Origin: Eledone cirrhosa
Lineage: Eukaryota
Assembly (NCBI GenBank): GCA_964016885.1
Contig: OZ024760.1
Coordinates: 13,144,001 to 13,208,000, forward strand
Reading direction: 5' to 3'
Length of the DNA: 64,000 nt
The position numbers and the translations under genes are program-made. Below the pieces are notes generated by a model, which was given only the letters and a program-made list of their open reading frames with translations, was not told the origin of the DNA and searched no databases. Shown here piece after piece: positions 26,842 through 42,569 of this stretch (position 1 is the stretch's first letter; each line of letters starts with the position of its first letter).

Positions 26842-27670
26842 CATGGCTAAACTGTGGCCCGCGAGCCACATGCGGCCCGTTTCGCTTTCTGAATGGTATA
26901 CTTGGTTTCAAAATTGCTTTGAATATTTTTAACAGTGCGGCCCGCTTTATGATGAACCTCATGCTATGTGCCCGCAATATGATGATCCTTATTTTATGTG
27001 GCCCGCCTTATAATGAACCTCATCCTATGTGGCCCAATTTATGATAAGCCACATCCTATGTGGTCCACCTTATAATGAGCCACATCTTATGTGGCGCACC
27101 TTATAATAAGCCACATCTTATGTGACCCACCTTATAATGAGCCACATCTTATGTAGCCCACCTTATAATAAGCCACATCTTATGTGACCCACCTTATAAT
27201 GAGCCACATCTTATGTAGCCCACCTTATAATGAGCCACATCTTATGTGACCCACCTTATAATGAGCCACATCTTATGTGGCGCACCTTATAATAAGCCAC
27301 ATCTTATGTGACCCACCTTATAATGAGCCACATCTTATGTAGCCCACCTTATAATGAGCCACATCTTATGTGACCCACCTTATAATGAGCCACATCTTAT
27401 GTAGCCCACCTTATAATAAGCCACATCTTATGTGGCCCACCTTATAATGAGCCACATCTTATGTGGCCCGCCATATGAGGGCCTCATCCTATGTGGTCCA
27501 CCTTATGATAAGCCACATCTTATGTGGCCCACCTTATAATGAGCCACATCTTATGTGGCCCGCCATATAAGGGCCTCATCTTATGTAGCCCACCTTATGA
27601 TGAACCTCATATATTTATGTGACCCGCCTTATGAGGCCTCATCCTATGTAGCCCGCCCTATGATGAGCCA
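26842..27670 (+). repeat. 31-bp minisatellite (about 23 units) following a hAT-MITE-like terminus
   Basis: catggctaaactgtggcccgcgagccacatgcggcccg then (ccaccttataatgagccacatcttatgtggc)n. Confidence 0.9.
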
Positions 27671-28001
27671 CTTTCAATAACACTCCCAGCGCCAGCATCA
27701 CAACAACATCAGCACAACAGCAACAACAATAGCAACAACAACAACAGTAGTATCAATAACAACAAAAGCAGCAATAACAATATATTTACATGTGTGTGTG
27801 GGAGTAAGTGTGTGTGAGAGGGTGAGTGTGTGTGCATGTATACGTATGTGACTTAGCGGTCTCCAATAAGAGACCGATAGAAGAAGCACGAGTCTCGAAA
27901 AATTTACAAGTGTCTAATGATTGGCAAAATCCTTTCAAAGCGGGGCCCCAGCATGACCCCGGTCAATGACTAATACCAATATAAAGAATACACAAACACA
28001 A

Positions 28002-28045
<44 letters not shown>

Positions 28046-28056
28046 CTACACTCGCA

Positions 28057-28124
<68 letters not shown>

Positions 28125-29789
28125 CTGTACACGCACGCACACACACACACACATATATATTTTTTTAAATATATATATATATACATATATATATATGTAT
28201 ATATATATATCTGCTGCTTCTCGATCTCTTCCCTAAGTCTCTCCCACCCCTCCTCATCTCCCCCATCATCATCATCACACCCTCTAATTACCTACCTAGT
28301 TAACTAGATATAACTCTCCCCCTCTCTCTCACACACTCTCTCCCCTCCCCCTCTTTCTCCCTATCACTCTCTATCCCCTCTCTCTCTCCCTCTGCCTCTC
28401 TCTCCTTCCATCGCCCTCAACACCACGCTGATGTCACATCGACGTAACACGAGATGCCATCTAACCAAATTAGGTAGCAGACGAGATCTCCAGCCCTTCG
28501 TTTTGCACAAAACACACACACACACAGACACACACACACACACAGACTCACTCACACACACACTCACATGTACATAGTGTCACACAAGCTGTCACCCACA
28601 TACCCACACAGACACAAGCGCAAACTTGGACACCACACACGCATGTAAATATTTTCACACGTGAACAGACATATGCACACACACACATCTACACACACAC
28701 CCACACCTGTACACACACACACGAACATACACACACACAAATACACACACACACACACACACACATATATATGTGTGTGTGTACTCGCCCACTTAAAAGC
28801 ACTCCTACTCGCGGGAAAATTAAGTTGCAGATGAAAACGAAACCTATGTGTACACACACACGCACACACACATACACACACATACACACACATACCCACA
28901 CACACATATATATACACACACACACACTCAAATACACACTCACATACACACATACGTAGCCATGTGGCTTTGTGGTTAGGGCGTTGAACTTAGGATCGTA
29001 ATAAGTGGCGGGGATCACCTTCGATCAAGTTCAATACTTTGATTGATCAAGAACAGATTGTTTGAACCGTTAAAAAAGACGTTGAGCAACAAACCATAGC
29101 TTCTTCCTTTCTATCATTCTTTCTTCTCTCTTTTTTTTCTTTCTTTCTTTTTTTCTTACTTTCCTTCTTTCTTTTTTCTTTCCTACTCTCTTGTTTTGTT
29201 TCTTCTTCTTCTTCTTCTTCTTCTTCTTCTTCTTCTTCTTCTTCTTCGTGTTCTTTCTTTTTGATAGTTATCAGACATCATTCAGATATTAACCCAGTCT
29301 TCAGAAATGGTATATATATGATATATATATGATATATGACATTTCACATATATATATAATATATATAACTTCCCGCCTCCTCACTGCAACTATCCATCTG
29401 TAAATCCAGATCAGACCAGATACCTGAGTATCAAGGCAGTGAAGCAGTCAGTTTGACCAGCATCCAACCATCTTGTCAGACGAGACTGTCATGTTTGTCT
29501 CCAACATCAACTTGTTCCAGTTAATCTTTGCTGCTGGAAATGTTTTCTAATCCCTTGGGAAGATACCGAATATATCGATTTCTGAGTAACGCAATATAGA
29601 CACAACGCACACACACACACTCACACAGACACATACAAACACATACACACACAGACACACACACAAACATACATAAACACATACAAACACAAACAAACCC
29701 ACGCAGACACACACACACACGCACAAACATATACACACATACAGATACATACATATATATATATATATGTATATATATACATACATACA

Positions 29790-29828
<39 letters not shown>

Positions 29829-29830
<2 letters not shown>

Positions 29831-30015
29831 CGAAGGAAATGTGGTAAGGAACCAGGTGGACCATAACGCACCAAAGTACTCAATACTTGAGGTAGTAGAG
29901 TGGATAATAGGAACCAGTAAGACCCCGACAGCTGAGCTCAAGCCGTTTCGACGGCTAATTCTGGAATTAGCCGTCGAAACGGCTTGAGCTCAGCTGTCGG
30001 GGTCTTACTGGTTCC

Positions 30016-30017
<2 letters not shown>
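29829..30017 (-). mobile_element. PLE fold-back module, family C
   Basis: Near-perfect arms about 29906-29960/29964-30018; tail motif 29878-29901. Confidence 0.88.
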
Positions 30018-30090
<73 letters not shown>

Positions 30091-30093
<3 letters not shown>

Positions 30094-30251
30094 AATGCAA
30101 GGAGTAGAGAAACTCAAGTCCGGAGGGTGAGTTTGAATAAAAATATTCAGATCAGTACCACAACGACGCCATACCAGGTACGAGTATGTTTCGTTAGTCG
30201 TCGTACGACCAACGAAACGTGCGTACCTGGTATGGCGTCGTTGTGGTACTG

Positions 30252-30252
<1 letters not shown>
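30091..30252 (-). mobile_element. PLE-type fold-back module
   Basis: Arms about 30152-30200/30204-30251 with GAAA-CGTGCG-TA half-hammerhead; tail with ACTC...TT-GAGT; (TA)n flanks. Confidence 0.7.
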
Positions 30253-30289
<37 letters not shown>

Positions 30290-30304
30290 GTCAGTACTAC
30301 AACC

Positions 30305-30689
30305 AAGAAACTGACCAAGAAACTCACTCACATGGTGGATGGGTGCTACACGAGAATGCTGAGGATGGCTCTGAACATTAATCAGTACACACTGAGGATG
30401 AAAAACTCAGAGCTGTACGGGAGCCTCCCAAAAGTCAGCTCAAAAGTAACAGAGGAGACTGAGGTTAGCTGGACATGCTCACCGACATCCAGAGTTGACA
30501 TTGCACTCAGTGCTCCTGTGGGAGCCCCTACACGGACACACTGTAAGAGGAAGACCAAGGTTAACGTATGTTGATGCCCTAAGGACAGACACTGGTCTCT
30601 TGGAGACGCAGGATATGGCAGCGATAATGAGGCACAGAGACCGCTGGAGAGAACTCGTCCATGGATCTCGGGAATTTTACCCGCCCTAG
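30305..30689 (+). pseudogene. RTE-clade LINE C-terminal fragment, frameshifted
   Basis: VDGCYTRMLRMALNI...LYGSLPKVS / RRLRLAGH..RHPE..LLWEP.HG...GRPRLTYVD.L. Confidence 0.85.
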
Positions 30690-30712
30690 ATATGTATATA
30701 TATATATATATA

Positions 30713-30900
30713 CGTTATTCCGGGTTGAATCGGAGGTAACCACAGTAAGTAAGGTACTCAATACATAGCAGAGTATAACAGTTTTAATATAGATGAGATT
30801 CTACAGGACTAGAACTGTTTCATTCATTAGAAATCATCAGGAAATTCCTGATGATTTCTAATGAATGAAACAGTTCTAGTCCTGTAGAATCTCATCTATA
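30713..30900 (-). mobile_element. PLE fold-back module, family B
   Basis: Arms centred on ggaaattcc (30840-30848) with CTGATGA...GAAAC on both strands; tail motif 30756-30774. Confidence 0.88.
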
Positions 30901-30917
30901 TATATATATATATATAT

Positions 30918-30962
<45 letters not shown>

Positions 30963-30968
<6 letters not shown>

Positions 30969-31258
30969 AAGAAAAAAGATGAAATCGAAAATGCAACTGG
31001 TGTCTTATTTAAAAAAATATATATATATTTATTTGGTTCTTTTATCGGTTTCGCAGGTAAAAGAACCAAATAAATATATATATTTTTTTTAAAATAAGAC
31101 ACCAGTTGCATTTTCGATTTCATCTTTTTTTCTTTATACTTTCACTCGTGTTATTTTTCATTTTGTAAAAAAAACACCTCACTTTCTAATATATATATAT
31201 ATATAGTGATATATATATATATATATATTGATATATATATATATATATATATATATAT

Positions 31259-31328
<70 letters not shown>

Positions 31329-31375
31329 ATATATATATATATATATATATATATATCAATATATATATATATATA

Positions 31376-31412
<37 letters not shown>

Positions 31413-31429
31413 ATATATATATATATATA

Positions 31430-31484
<55 letters not shown>

Positions 31485-31506
31485 ATATATATATATATAT
31501 ATATAT

Positions 31507-31548
<42 letters not shown>

Positions 31549-31650
31549 ATATATATATATATATATATCAATATATATATATATATCAATATATATATAT
31601 ATATATATCACTATATATATATATTAGAAAGTGAGGTGTTTTTTTTACAA
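30963..31650. repeat. Two adjacent inverted repeats
   Basis: Arms about 30968-31043/31057-31136, and ttgtaaaaaaaacacctcactttctaata (31163-31191) inverted at 31623-31650 around an interrupted (TA)n. Confidence 0.85.
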
Positions 31651-31733
31651 TATGTATATATATATATATATATATCAATATATATATATATATATATCAA
31701 TATATATATATATATTGATATATATATATATTG

Positions 31734-31901
<168 letters not shown>

Positions 31902-32239
31902 GATATATTTTGGGAGAATTATGGTGCCAAAAAAAGAAAAAAAGAAAAAGACGCACCTGTTGGTTTTCACTTCAATTTGTTATAAATTTCCAGTTGGTTT
32001 AATAACCGTTGTTTATTTATTGTCAAAGCTCTTTCGTCACACATTCTCTGACCTCCTTAGTGACTAATTCGTTATTTTGAATGTCTTCTTTGTTCTGTCC
32101 TACACACTGTTGTTCTATCTATGAGTGTTTTATTGGCAGTATGACCCTCCCAAAGTATAACAACATCTGTTTCAACACACGTTTTCAGATAAGAAATCTT
32201 GCAAAACAAATACAAAAACGAAGTATATATATATATATA

Positions 32240-32295
<56 letters not shown>

Positions 32296-32489
32296 GAAGT
32301 ACTTTATTTAATTGTTAGTAATATAGAAGGTATTGTTTTCCAAGTCGATCTAAATGTATTGCTACACACATATTTAGATATGTCCATTGTTTCTTATACC
32401 ATTACAGCTTGTTTGGCAATATCGAACACTTTGTATAAAGTAGTATTTATGTATTGAAGAATATTGGCGACATTAATATTTCTATGGGA

Positions 32490-32575
<86 letters not shown>

Positions 32576-32618
32576 ATATTTATATATATATTTATATATA
32601 TATATATATTTATATATA

Positions 32619-32699
<81 letters not shown>

Positions 32700-32789
32700 G
32701 TATGTAAAAGGTAAACAGAAATAACAACACAATCAGTACAGTATATGGAGGGAATATATTAGGTTAACGCTTGAAATAGCAAGAAGAGG

Positions 32790-32828
32790 GTCTTAACGTT
32801 TCGGACACTAGTCCTTCATCAGAAGAAA
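32790..32828 (-). ncRNA. Minimal hammerhead ribozyme in PLE remnant (about 32705-32932)
   Basis: Minus strand TCTT-CTGATGA-A-GGAC-TAGT-GTCC-GAAAC-GT-TA-AGA. Confidence 0.8.
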
Positions 32829-32991
32829 GAATGAGAAATAAGATAGATTGAAGGGACGGGTGGGTTGGAATTGGAAAAAAATGTCTTTGGATAAAACTAA
32901 CAGGTCCATTGATGTTGTCATCTCTTGTACGGATATATATATATATATATATATAACCTTACGTAAACATTGATGCACTTCGCATTTTCTT

Positions 32992-33043
<52 letters not shown>

Positions 33044-33369
33044 TCATTCATCATCATCATCATCATCTATACATCCGTTACCAGTGCCATGACGAAGTCT
33101 ATTCTCCACCCACCCCCTGTCCACCAGTGCCACGTGAAGTTTCCTCCCCTCGAGTCCTGTGATGTCGTTATCTTCAAGGTCATCTTCCAGCGTGAAATTT
33201 GGTTGATCACCTTGTCAGCAGGACACAACTGGTTTCCAGAGAAGAACTCTGGAAACCAGCAGAGTCACATTGTCACATGGTGTCACATGGTGTCCACATG
33301 TCTAACTAATACGAGCCTCTGTCACCTTATTATGTCAGAATGGTGACGATGTGAACTGTAGAGTATCGT

Positions 33370-33670
33370 ATTTGCTACATGTAAATGTTACATATATTTG
33401 ATACATATATTTGCTATATACAGTTGCTGCATGTGTCTACTACATGCAATTGCTCCATGTATTTGCTACATTTATTTGCTACACCTGTTTTCTACATCTG
33501 CTTTCTATATCCATTTGCTACATGTGTTTGCTACATGTAGATGCTACATGTATTTCTACATATATTTGCTAATATCTATTTGCTACATCTATTTTCTACA
33601 TGTAATTGCTACATATATATGCTACATATATTTGCTGCATATATTTGCTGCATATATTTGCTACATGTGC
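33370..33670. repeat. Degenerate about 14-bp tandem repeat (tatttgctacat)
   Basis: Recurrent tttgctaca units. Confidence 0.75.
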
Positions 33671-33944
33671 TTTCCAGGGGATGCTCTGAATGTTTATCAG
33701 CATTCACATGTAAGTGACATGTGAGGGATTTTGTTCATGTCCACCACTCGTATCCCTTGAAGAGAATTGACTCAATCTGTTGCTTTAAATAGCCTCATAT
33801 TTTGTTGTTTCTTTATTGGGGAAACCCAGACCTTTGATAGGGAGTTGAGGGGTCACCATGACTTGCCTGTCCTCGGGTCCACGTCCTCTACTGACTTCCT
33901 GTAGCTACTTAGGTACAAGAAGTCTTTAAGGTCCGAACTTTCTA

Positions 33945-33980
<36 letters not shown>

Positions 33981-34246
33981 AGAAAGAGAGAGAGAGAGAG
34001 AGGGGGGGGGGATATATATTTATATATATATATATATATAGCTAGATAGATGGATTGATAGGTTGATAGATAGATCGATAGATCGATAAATTAAATAATT
34101 GATTCATTTCGGAAAAGTAGCGGGAAAAGATGAAAGTAAGGTAGATAGAAAAACGAGGTGAAAGAAAGAAAGAAAGAAAGAGATGAAGAAAGAGAGAGAG
34201 AGGAAAGAGAGAAATGAGAAGTAAGAGAGAGATAGATGAAAAACGA

Positions 34247-34826
34247 TAACAACAACAGTAGCAACAACAACAACAGTAACAACAACAATAACAATAGTAA
34301 TAACAACAACAACAGTAACAACAACAGCAGTAACAACAATAACAACAGTAACAACAACAACAATAACAACAACAGTAACAACAACAACTGTAACAACAAT
34401 AACAACAGTAACAACAACAACAACAACAGTAACAACAACAACAATAACATCAGTAACAACAGCAACAGTAACAACAACAACAACAATAACAACAACAGTA
34501 ACAGTAACAACAACAACAACAGTAACAACAACAACAATAACAACAATAGTAACAACAACAACAGTAACAACAACAGTAACAACAACAACAGTAACAACAA
34601 CAACAGTAACAACAATAACAACAGTAACAACAGCAATAACAACAACAGTACCAACAACAACAACAGTAACAACAACAATAACAACAACAGTAACAACAGC
34701 AGTAACAACAACAACAGTAACAACAACAACAACAGTAACAACAACAATAACAACAACAGTAACAACAACAGTAACAACAACAACAACAGTAACAACAACA
34801 ACAACAACAACAAGTGTAACAACAAT
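34247..34826. repeat. (AAC)n with AGT/AAT interruptions
   Basis: Trinucleotide tract without unique sequence. Confidence 0.95.
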
Positions 34827-34946
34827 CAAGGAGCTGTTTCATTCATTCATTCAGAGAATTATATTCTTCCCGGCTTGCCATTTTGATTTCCATCTACGAG
34901 ACAAGCTAGTGTTCCAAGACGGATTATATATAGCAGTCATTACTGC

Positions 34947-34985
<39 letters not shown>

Positions 34986-35263
34986 CGTGTGTGTGTGTAT
35001 ATATACGTGTGTGTGTGTGTATATATGTGTGTGTGAGTGTGAGTGTGAATGTGTGTGTAAATATATGTATAGAGAGACACTTGTTCACGCTCAACTATAG
35101 AGAACTTTCCTGACATCTATATGTATAAATACACATAGTCACATACACACACACATGTATATACAGACACACATATCTATATACTTACACACACATATAT
35201 ATATATGCATACACACACACATATATATTTACACACACACATATATATATACACGCACACAAA

Positions 35264-35307
<44 letters not shown>

Positions 35308-35558
35308 ACACACACATGTATATACAGACACATATCTATATACTTACACACACACACACATATATATATATGCATACACACACATATATTTACACGCACA
35401 CAAAATATATAAATATATATATATATATACACATACACACACACATATATATATATGTATATGTATAGATATATATACATTAAACACACAGACAATATAG
35501 ATATATAATATCACATATATATATATATATATATACAGACACACACGTATATATGCAC

Positions 35559-35590
<32 letters not shown>

Positions 35591-36043
35591 ATGTATGTTT
35601 ATATATATATATATACAGTAGAGAAGTTACTGCCTCAAGTTTGCTCAGGAGCTGTGATTTGTGTCATTTCGTAGCTGTTGACTTAAAACACGACACGGAA
35701 TATGGTGAGTTTCGTTTTCCTCAATTTATATTGTTGTTATATATATATTGTATACATTATACATCAGGTATTTTATGCATACATGCATATACATACATGC
35801 ATACATATATACATGCATGCCTACATACATATATATATACATATACATATATATATGCATACATACATATACATGCATACATACATATACACATACGTAC
35901 GTACATATATATACATACATACATACATATACACATGCATACGTATATACATACATACATATACACATTCATACGTATATACATACATACATATACACAT
36001 ACATACATATGTACATACATATATATATATATAAACATACATA

Positions 36044-36085
<42 letters not shown>

Positions 36086-36182
36086 CATATGCATACATAC
36101 ATATACACATACGTAAGTACATATATACATACATACATATATACATACATATACACATACATACATATATATATAAACATAC

Positions 36183-36225
<43 letters not shown>

Positions 36226-36561
36226 CATACATATGCATATACATACATATACACATGCATACATATACACATACATACCTAAATATACACGTTCCTATAC
36301 ATATATATTTACATTCATCCAGCTGTACACGCATACACATATATACATTCATATACATATACATATACACATATCCAACCATACACACATATATATACAT
36401 ACGCACACATACACACACATAGACACACGCAAATATATATTTATATATATATATATATATATTTATATACATATATAAATATATATATAAATATATACAT
36501 ATATAAATATATATATATAAATATTTATATATATATATTTATATATGTATATATTTATATT

Positions 36562-36616
<55 letters not shown>

Positions 36617-36910
36617 ATTTAGTTATTTATTTATTACATACCTGTATGTGTATATGTGTATGTGCGTATGTGTATGTGTGTATATGTATATATATGTGTA
36701 TGTGCATATGTGTATGTTATGTATATGTGTGTGTATGTGTTTATATGTATGTGTATGTATATATATGTATATGTGTATATAGCTGTATATATATATATAT
36801 ATATGTGTGTGTATGAGAATGTACATATGTATGTACGCATATATATGTATGTGTATATGTATATGTGTGTATATAAATGTGTATATGTATATATATATGC
36901 ATATGTATAG

Positions 36911-36948
<38 letters not shown>

Positions 36949-37067
36949 CTATTTATTTAGTTATTTATTACATACCTGTGTGTGTGTATGTGTATGTGCA
37001 TATGTGTATGTGTGTATATAATTATTAATTCTGGCAATATTATTACACAAATATGACCCTCCCCGAG

Positions 37068-37101
<34 letters not shown>

Positions 37102-37262
37102 TATGTGTATATGAACATAACCTAACCACAATAAGACGATCACAATACTTGCTAAACTCTCCTTAACATATATTTCACTGGGAGTCTTCTATAACTGAGT
37201 AAAGCTGTAATGGATACAGAGGGGAGAAAATAAGATGAACAGAGATTATATATAAACATGTG

Positions 37263-37311
<49 letters not shown>

Positions 37312-37356
37312 ACACACACACACACACACATACACACACACACATATATATATATA

Positions 37357-37447
37357 ATAAATATTTGCTCTACGGTTCTTATATATTTGATATATATTTA
37401 TCCTTATCGAGCCCTCTTTGGATTTTAGTCTTCAAATTTATTATTAT

Positions 37448-37450
<3 letters not shown>
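37357..37450 (+). mobile_element. Orphan PLE 3' tail
   Basis: Essentially identical to 55135-55228; begins 10 nt before the GCTC...TC-GAGC motif; (TA)n flanks. Confidence 0.85.
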
Positions 37451-37491
<41 letters not shown>

Positions 37492-37492
<1 letters not shown>

Positions 37493-37590
37493 ACGAAGGA
37501 AATGTGGTAAGGAACCAGGTGGACCATAACGCACCAAAGTACTCAATACTAAGGGTAGTAGAGTGGGTAAAAGGGTCCTACTCGTTCCTA
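37492..37590 (-). mobile_element. Family C tail
   Basis: Matches 29829-29905; motif 37541-37564. Confidence 0.8.
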
Positions 37591-37631
37591 TATATATATA
37601 TATATATATATATCTGTGTGTGTGTGTATGA

Positions 37632-37665
<34 letters not shown>

Positions 37666-38199
37666 GTGTGTGTATATGTATCTGTATATATCTATATATG
37701 CTTGTGTCTTTGCGTATGTATATATATATATATATATATACACATATATATACATGTATATACATATATATATATATATACATGTATGCATATACGTTTG
37801 TTTCTATTAAGTGAGTGTGTAAGTTTGTGTACCCTGATTGGTGTATACGTGTGTGTATTTGTGCACGTGTGTGTGTGTGTAAATGTTTGACATGCTGTGA
37901 CACACAGTGCGTGTATATGTAGATAGGTATGTGTGCGCTATGTGCCCAGGTGTTGAGTGCGTCAGTATAAATATATATATATATATGTGTGTGTGTGTGT
38001 ATGTATGTGTGTGTGTGTATATATTTGCTTTTCGTCTTGCCTTGTTTTTGTTCGTTGTTTTGTCTTCTCTTTGTTAGATATATATATGTGTGTATGTATA
38101 TGTATGTATGTATATATATATATATATATATATGTATATGTATGTGTGTATATGTATATATATATGTGTGTATATATATGTATATATATATATATATGT

Positions 38200-38245
<46 letters not shown>

Positions 38246-38393
38246 ATATGTATATATATATATGTATATGTATGTGTGTATATGTATATATATATATGTA
38301 TATATATATATGTATATATATATGTATGTGTGTATATGTATATATATATATGATACTCGGTGAAGGGGGCTTCTGTGCCTATCTGTTTACATG

Positions 38394-38425
<32 letters not shown>

Positions 38426-38661
38426 TATGTGTATGCACATGTGTGAGTGTAGGTGTTCATGTGAAACTTGACTCACATATACACACTCACACACATACAC
38501 ACTCACACACACACGTGAATGTACAGGTGTGGCACTAATAGGTGTGTGTGTGAGTGTGTGTGGAAACAGAAACAGAAAGTGAAAGAAAGAGTGTGTGTGT
38601 GTGTGTATATATATGTGTGTGTATATATATATATATATTTGTGTGTGTGTGTGTATATATG

Positions 38662-38692
<31 letters not shown>

Positions 38693-38867
38693 ATATATGT
38701 ATATATATATATATATGTGTGCGTATATATATATATGTGTGTGTGTGTGTATATATATATGTGTGTGTGTATGTATATATATGTGTGTGTGTATATATAT
38801 GTGTGTGTGTGTATATATATATGTGTGTGTATATATATATATGTGTGAGTGTATATATATATATATA

Positions 38868-38912
<45 letters not shown>

Positions 38913-38931
38913 ATATATATATATGTGTGTG

Positions 38932-38962
<31 letters not shown>

Positions 38963-39473
38963 ATGTATATATATATATGTGTGTGTGTGTGAGAGTCAGA
39001 CAGATTGAGAGATACGGAAGACAGACAGATTGCATGTCTGTTAGAGAAGCGTATATATATATTTTTTTTTTTGTGCGTGTGTTTGTGTATGTGTGTGTGT
39101 ATGTTTGTATGTATGTGTGTTTGTGCCTCTTTGTGTGTGTATATATATGTATATATATGTGGGTATACACATATATGAGTCTGATGAGGATAAGAGCGAC
39201 TATATATTGAACATAGAAGAGAGGATAAGTTTCACACCTTGTATATTGGAGAGAGAGAGAGAGAGAGAAAGTTCTAGAATTACAACAATAAAACTTTATA
39301 GGAACTTCACCAGTCTGAACTCCTCTTATTTTAATCAAACCAATTAACTCCATCCCTGCACCAACCACAAGATTCAACATCAAAGATGGGTGAGTTGCGT
39401 AACGTAGAATGCTTTCTCTACTATACTTCATGATTAACTAAACGGAATTTAGTGGTGAATTGCAAAACATAAA

Positions 39474-39540
<67 letters not shown>

Positions 39541-39699
39541 AGTAAGTTAATTTTTAATTTAAAAATTTTTTTTATTTTACGTCTTTCATATAATTGTTCT
39601 GCACCCCCCTGTATAGAACCACCTAGGTACTATGACATAACTTATATATTTGCTAGCATTAGTGTACATCTGTACGCATATGTTGGTAGATGTACTAAT

Positions 39700-39768
<69 letters not shown>

Positions 39769-39813
39769 ACAGGGAGAAAAAGACGATTATTAGAAAGAAA
39801 AAGAAGAAAAAAT

Positions 39814-39848
<35 letters not shown>

Positions 39849-39859
39849 GGGGAGAGAGA

Positions 39860-40040
39860 GATAGTTAGTTCCACAACATATTAGCAAGTCATCTTCGAGG
39901 ACACGTGTTTCACCAAACTCGAGTTGGAAACCCATAAGATGAAACACGTGTCCTCGAAGATGGCTTGCTAATATGTTGTGGAACTATCTCTAACCCGAAC
40001 TCGTCCTATGGACTGAGGGCTCTATTTACTACGGATATAA
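39860..40040 (+). mobile_element. PLE-type fold-back module
   Basis: Arms about 39866-39912/39940-39986 with GAAA-CACGTG-TC half-hammerhead; then ACTC-gtcc-tat-ggac-T-GAG. Confidence 0.7.
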
Positions 40041-40125
40041 CCTCCCTCTGTTCTACCACTATATATCAAGGGCGGTGCTCCAGCATGGCCTCAGCCGGAT
40101 GGCTGGAACAGGAAACAGTAAAAGA

Positions 40126-40200
<75 letters not shown>

Positions 40201-40210
40201 TATATATATA

Positions 40211-40410
40211 TAAGATCAAAAGATGGTTAAAGAGTTCCATGTATTTTATTATGCGCATTTCAAAAACAAATATCATCATGCAATAACATTTGCGTTTTCG
40301 TCAGATAAAATAGGGAGACATGATATGAAGGTTAAAACACACTTGTGAATAGTGCAGTTTTAAATCAAGATATTTTATCTGACGAAAACGCAAATGTTAT
40401 TGCATGATGA
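40211..40410 (-). mobile_element. Family D arm with hammerhead and short inverted piece
   Basis: Matches 10953-11106; minus-strand CTGACGA...GAAATGCGCATA. Confidence 0.85.
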
Positions 40411-40492
40411 ATAGAACTGGTCATTCCAATCTGAAATGATCATAGTATAATAAACCTTTTAAGGAATTACACCAGTCCAGCCTCCTGTTATG

Positions 40493-40559
<67 letters not shown>

Positions 40560-40659
40560 TTATTTATTCATTCTGACATCTGAAGACAGACACAACATCT
40601 GCCTTCAAGAAACCACTGGTAAATGAAATAATTATCTTATGTTGTTTATTACATAACTA

Positions 40660-40719
<60 letters not shown>

Positions 40720-41479
40720 GAGAGTGTGTGTGAGTGATGTAGAGGAAAAATCTACTCCAATACTAGATTCAGATCTGTATTATTCGATCTTCAAACTAAT
40801 CTGCCAATCTGCTGACAAAATTATCTGTAACTATATATTTTCTATTTAAAACAACTGAAAACATCTTTGTGGCTATTGTATTACATTAAAACGTTGAGAA
40901 AGATCTCTGGGGAGTTTATAACTAAGTGCTGTGGTTCTGTATTGTGTTGTGTTGTTTGGGAATTTTATCCTATAGAATTCCTGTTGTTGAAGAATCCCTA
41001 TAATGACTATTCTGTGAAATATCCATTGAGACTTGGAAATATCTCATTAATTTTAACTTCATATAAACGGAGAGTCGCCTCTTTGTCGCTCACGAACCAC
41101 CTCGCAGATAGACACTTGCATGCATGTATATATACATACATACTTGCATGCATGTATACATACACACTTGCACCCATGTGTACATACATACACACTTGCA
41201 CCCATGCATGCATACATACACACTCGCACGTACACACGCACACATGTATGTGTTTATGTATGAACGAGCGTGTATGTGTGTGTATATGTATGTATGCATA
41301 TGTGTGTATGCATGCGTTTATATGTATATATGTATGTATGTATATATATATCTATATATAAAAGATACAGAAGCGAAAACCAACCAAACAGTGAATGTGT
41401 TCTGTTATTTCTGGCAATATTACAACAATATGACCCTCCCCAAGTATAACAGTATATATAATATATATATATTTATACT

Positions 41480-41750
41480 AACATGGCCGAGTCTTAAGGA
41501 GTTGGTCAGATATCTGGGGCCATAGTGTCGGGTTCACCCAAATCTCGCCGGTGAGTTGACTTCGTTTGACGGAAACTGCGTAGAAGTCTGTTAGATGCAG
41601 TGTATCAGGTGGACTTGAGTTACGGTGTCACGATGAATCAACGTGAGAATTACGTTGAGAGGACATGTGGCTGGAGAATAGCCTGACACGACATGGACTT
41701 ATTGAATTATAGGATGGGCAGTTGACCAAACAACTGGACGTTCATAGGAC
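41480..41750 (+). mobile_element. Diverged SINE of a third family
   Basis: tRNA-like head and body similar to 53140-53305 (gtcacg.tgaatc....tga.aa.tac...caactgga). Confidence 0.55.
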
Positions 41751-42569
41751 GAGAGAGAGAGAGTATGTGTGTGTATGTATATATTTAGGTTTGGAGGTTC
41801 ACCACTGGATAGAGCTGGTCATTCCGTATGGTCAATCTTGATGTAATAATATGGAGAGTACTCAACGTAAAGCAGCTCAACCGTCTTCGTTTGTGTAGTT
41901 GGTGGTGCGAGTACGGAGTTAAATATTATAATAGAATAACAGGAGGCTGGACTTGTGTAAATTCTTGAAAGGTTTATTATACTCTGATCATTTCAATGAT
42001 AAACAGCACAATATAATTACTCCATTACCGGAGGTTCCAAGAAACTAGATGATTCTTGCAAGAAACATCCAGTTCGTTCGTCAGACAAAACAATTTTAAA
42101 AAAAATATATATATATATATATACACACATATATATATATATGTCAGTCTGTCACTTTATATAACTGGAACCAAATCTCGTCAAAAATCTAATTTGCTGT
42201 TGATCCATCTAAGATCAATATCCTCAGAACCATTCAAGTACTGCTGTTGTTGATATAATATTGATTATGCCACCCAGCCCATACCTTCTGGCTATATCAA
42301 AAATTAATATTTTTAAATTTCTGATCTATTGCTGTTTTCATTTTTGTTTATGTTTTTTTTTAAAGTGATTTTTAAAAATATTTTTTACTTTTTGGGGGTT
42401 TTTTTCGGTTTTATTTTCCGGTTTTTATTTTTAGTTTATATTTTTAAGTAAAAAAAAAATATGAGAGTTGTCGCGTGGTTGGCGTATAAGGCGCACCTTT
42501 TTTAGTCAAAGAATTTGAGGTCAAAATTCACCTGCGTCTTATGCGAAGGTATGATTGATAATGATAATA

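Noticed and set aside
23185-27670. CRISPR-like appearance of tandem arrays (also 63380-64000)
   Set aside because: No unique spacers, no cas genes, eukaryotic context
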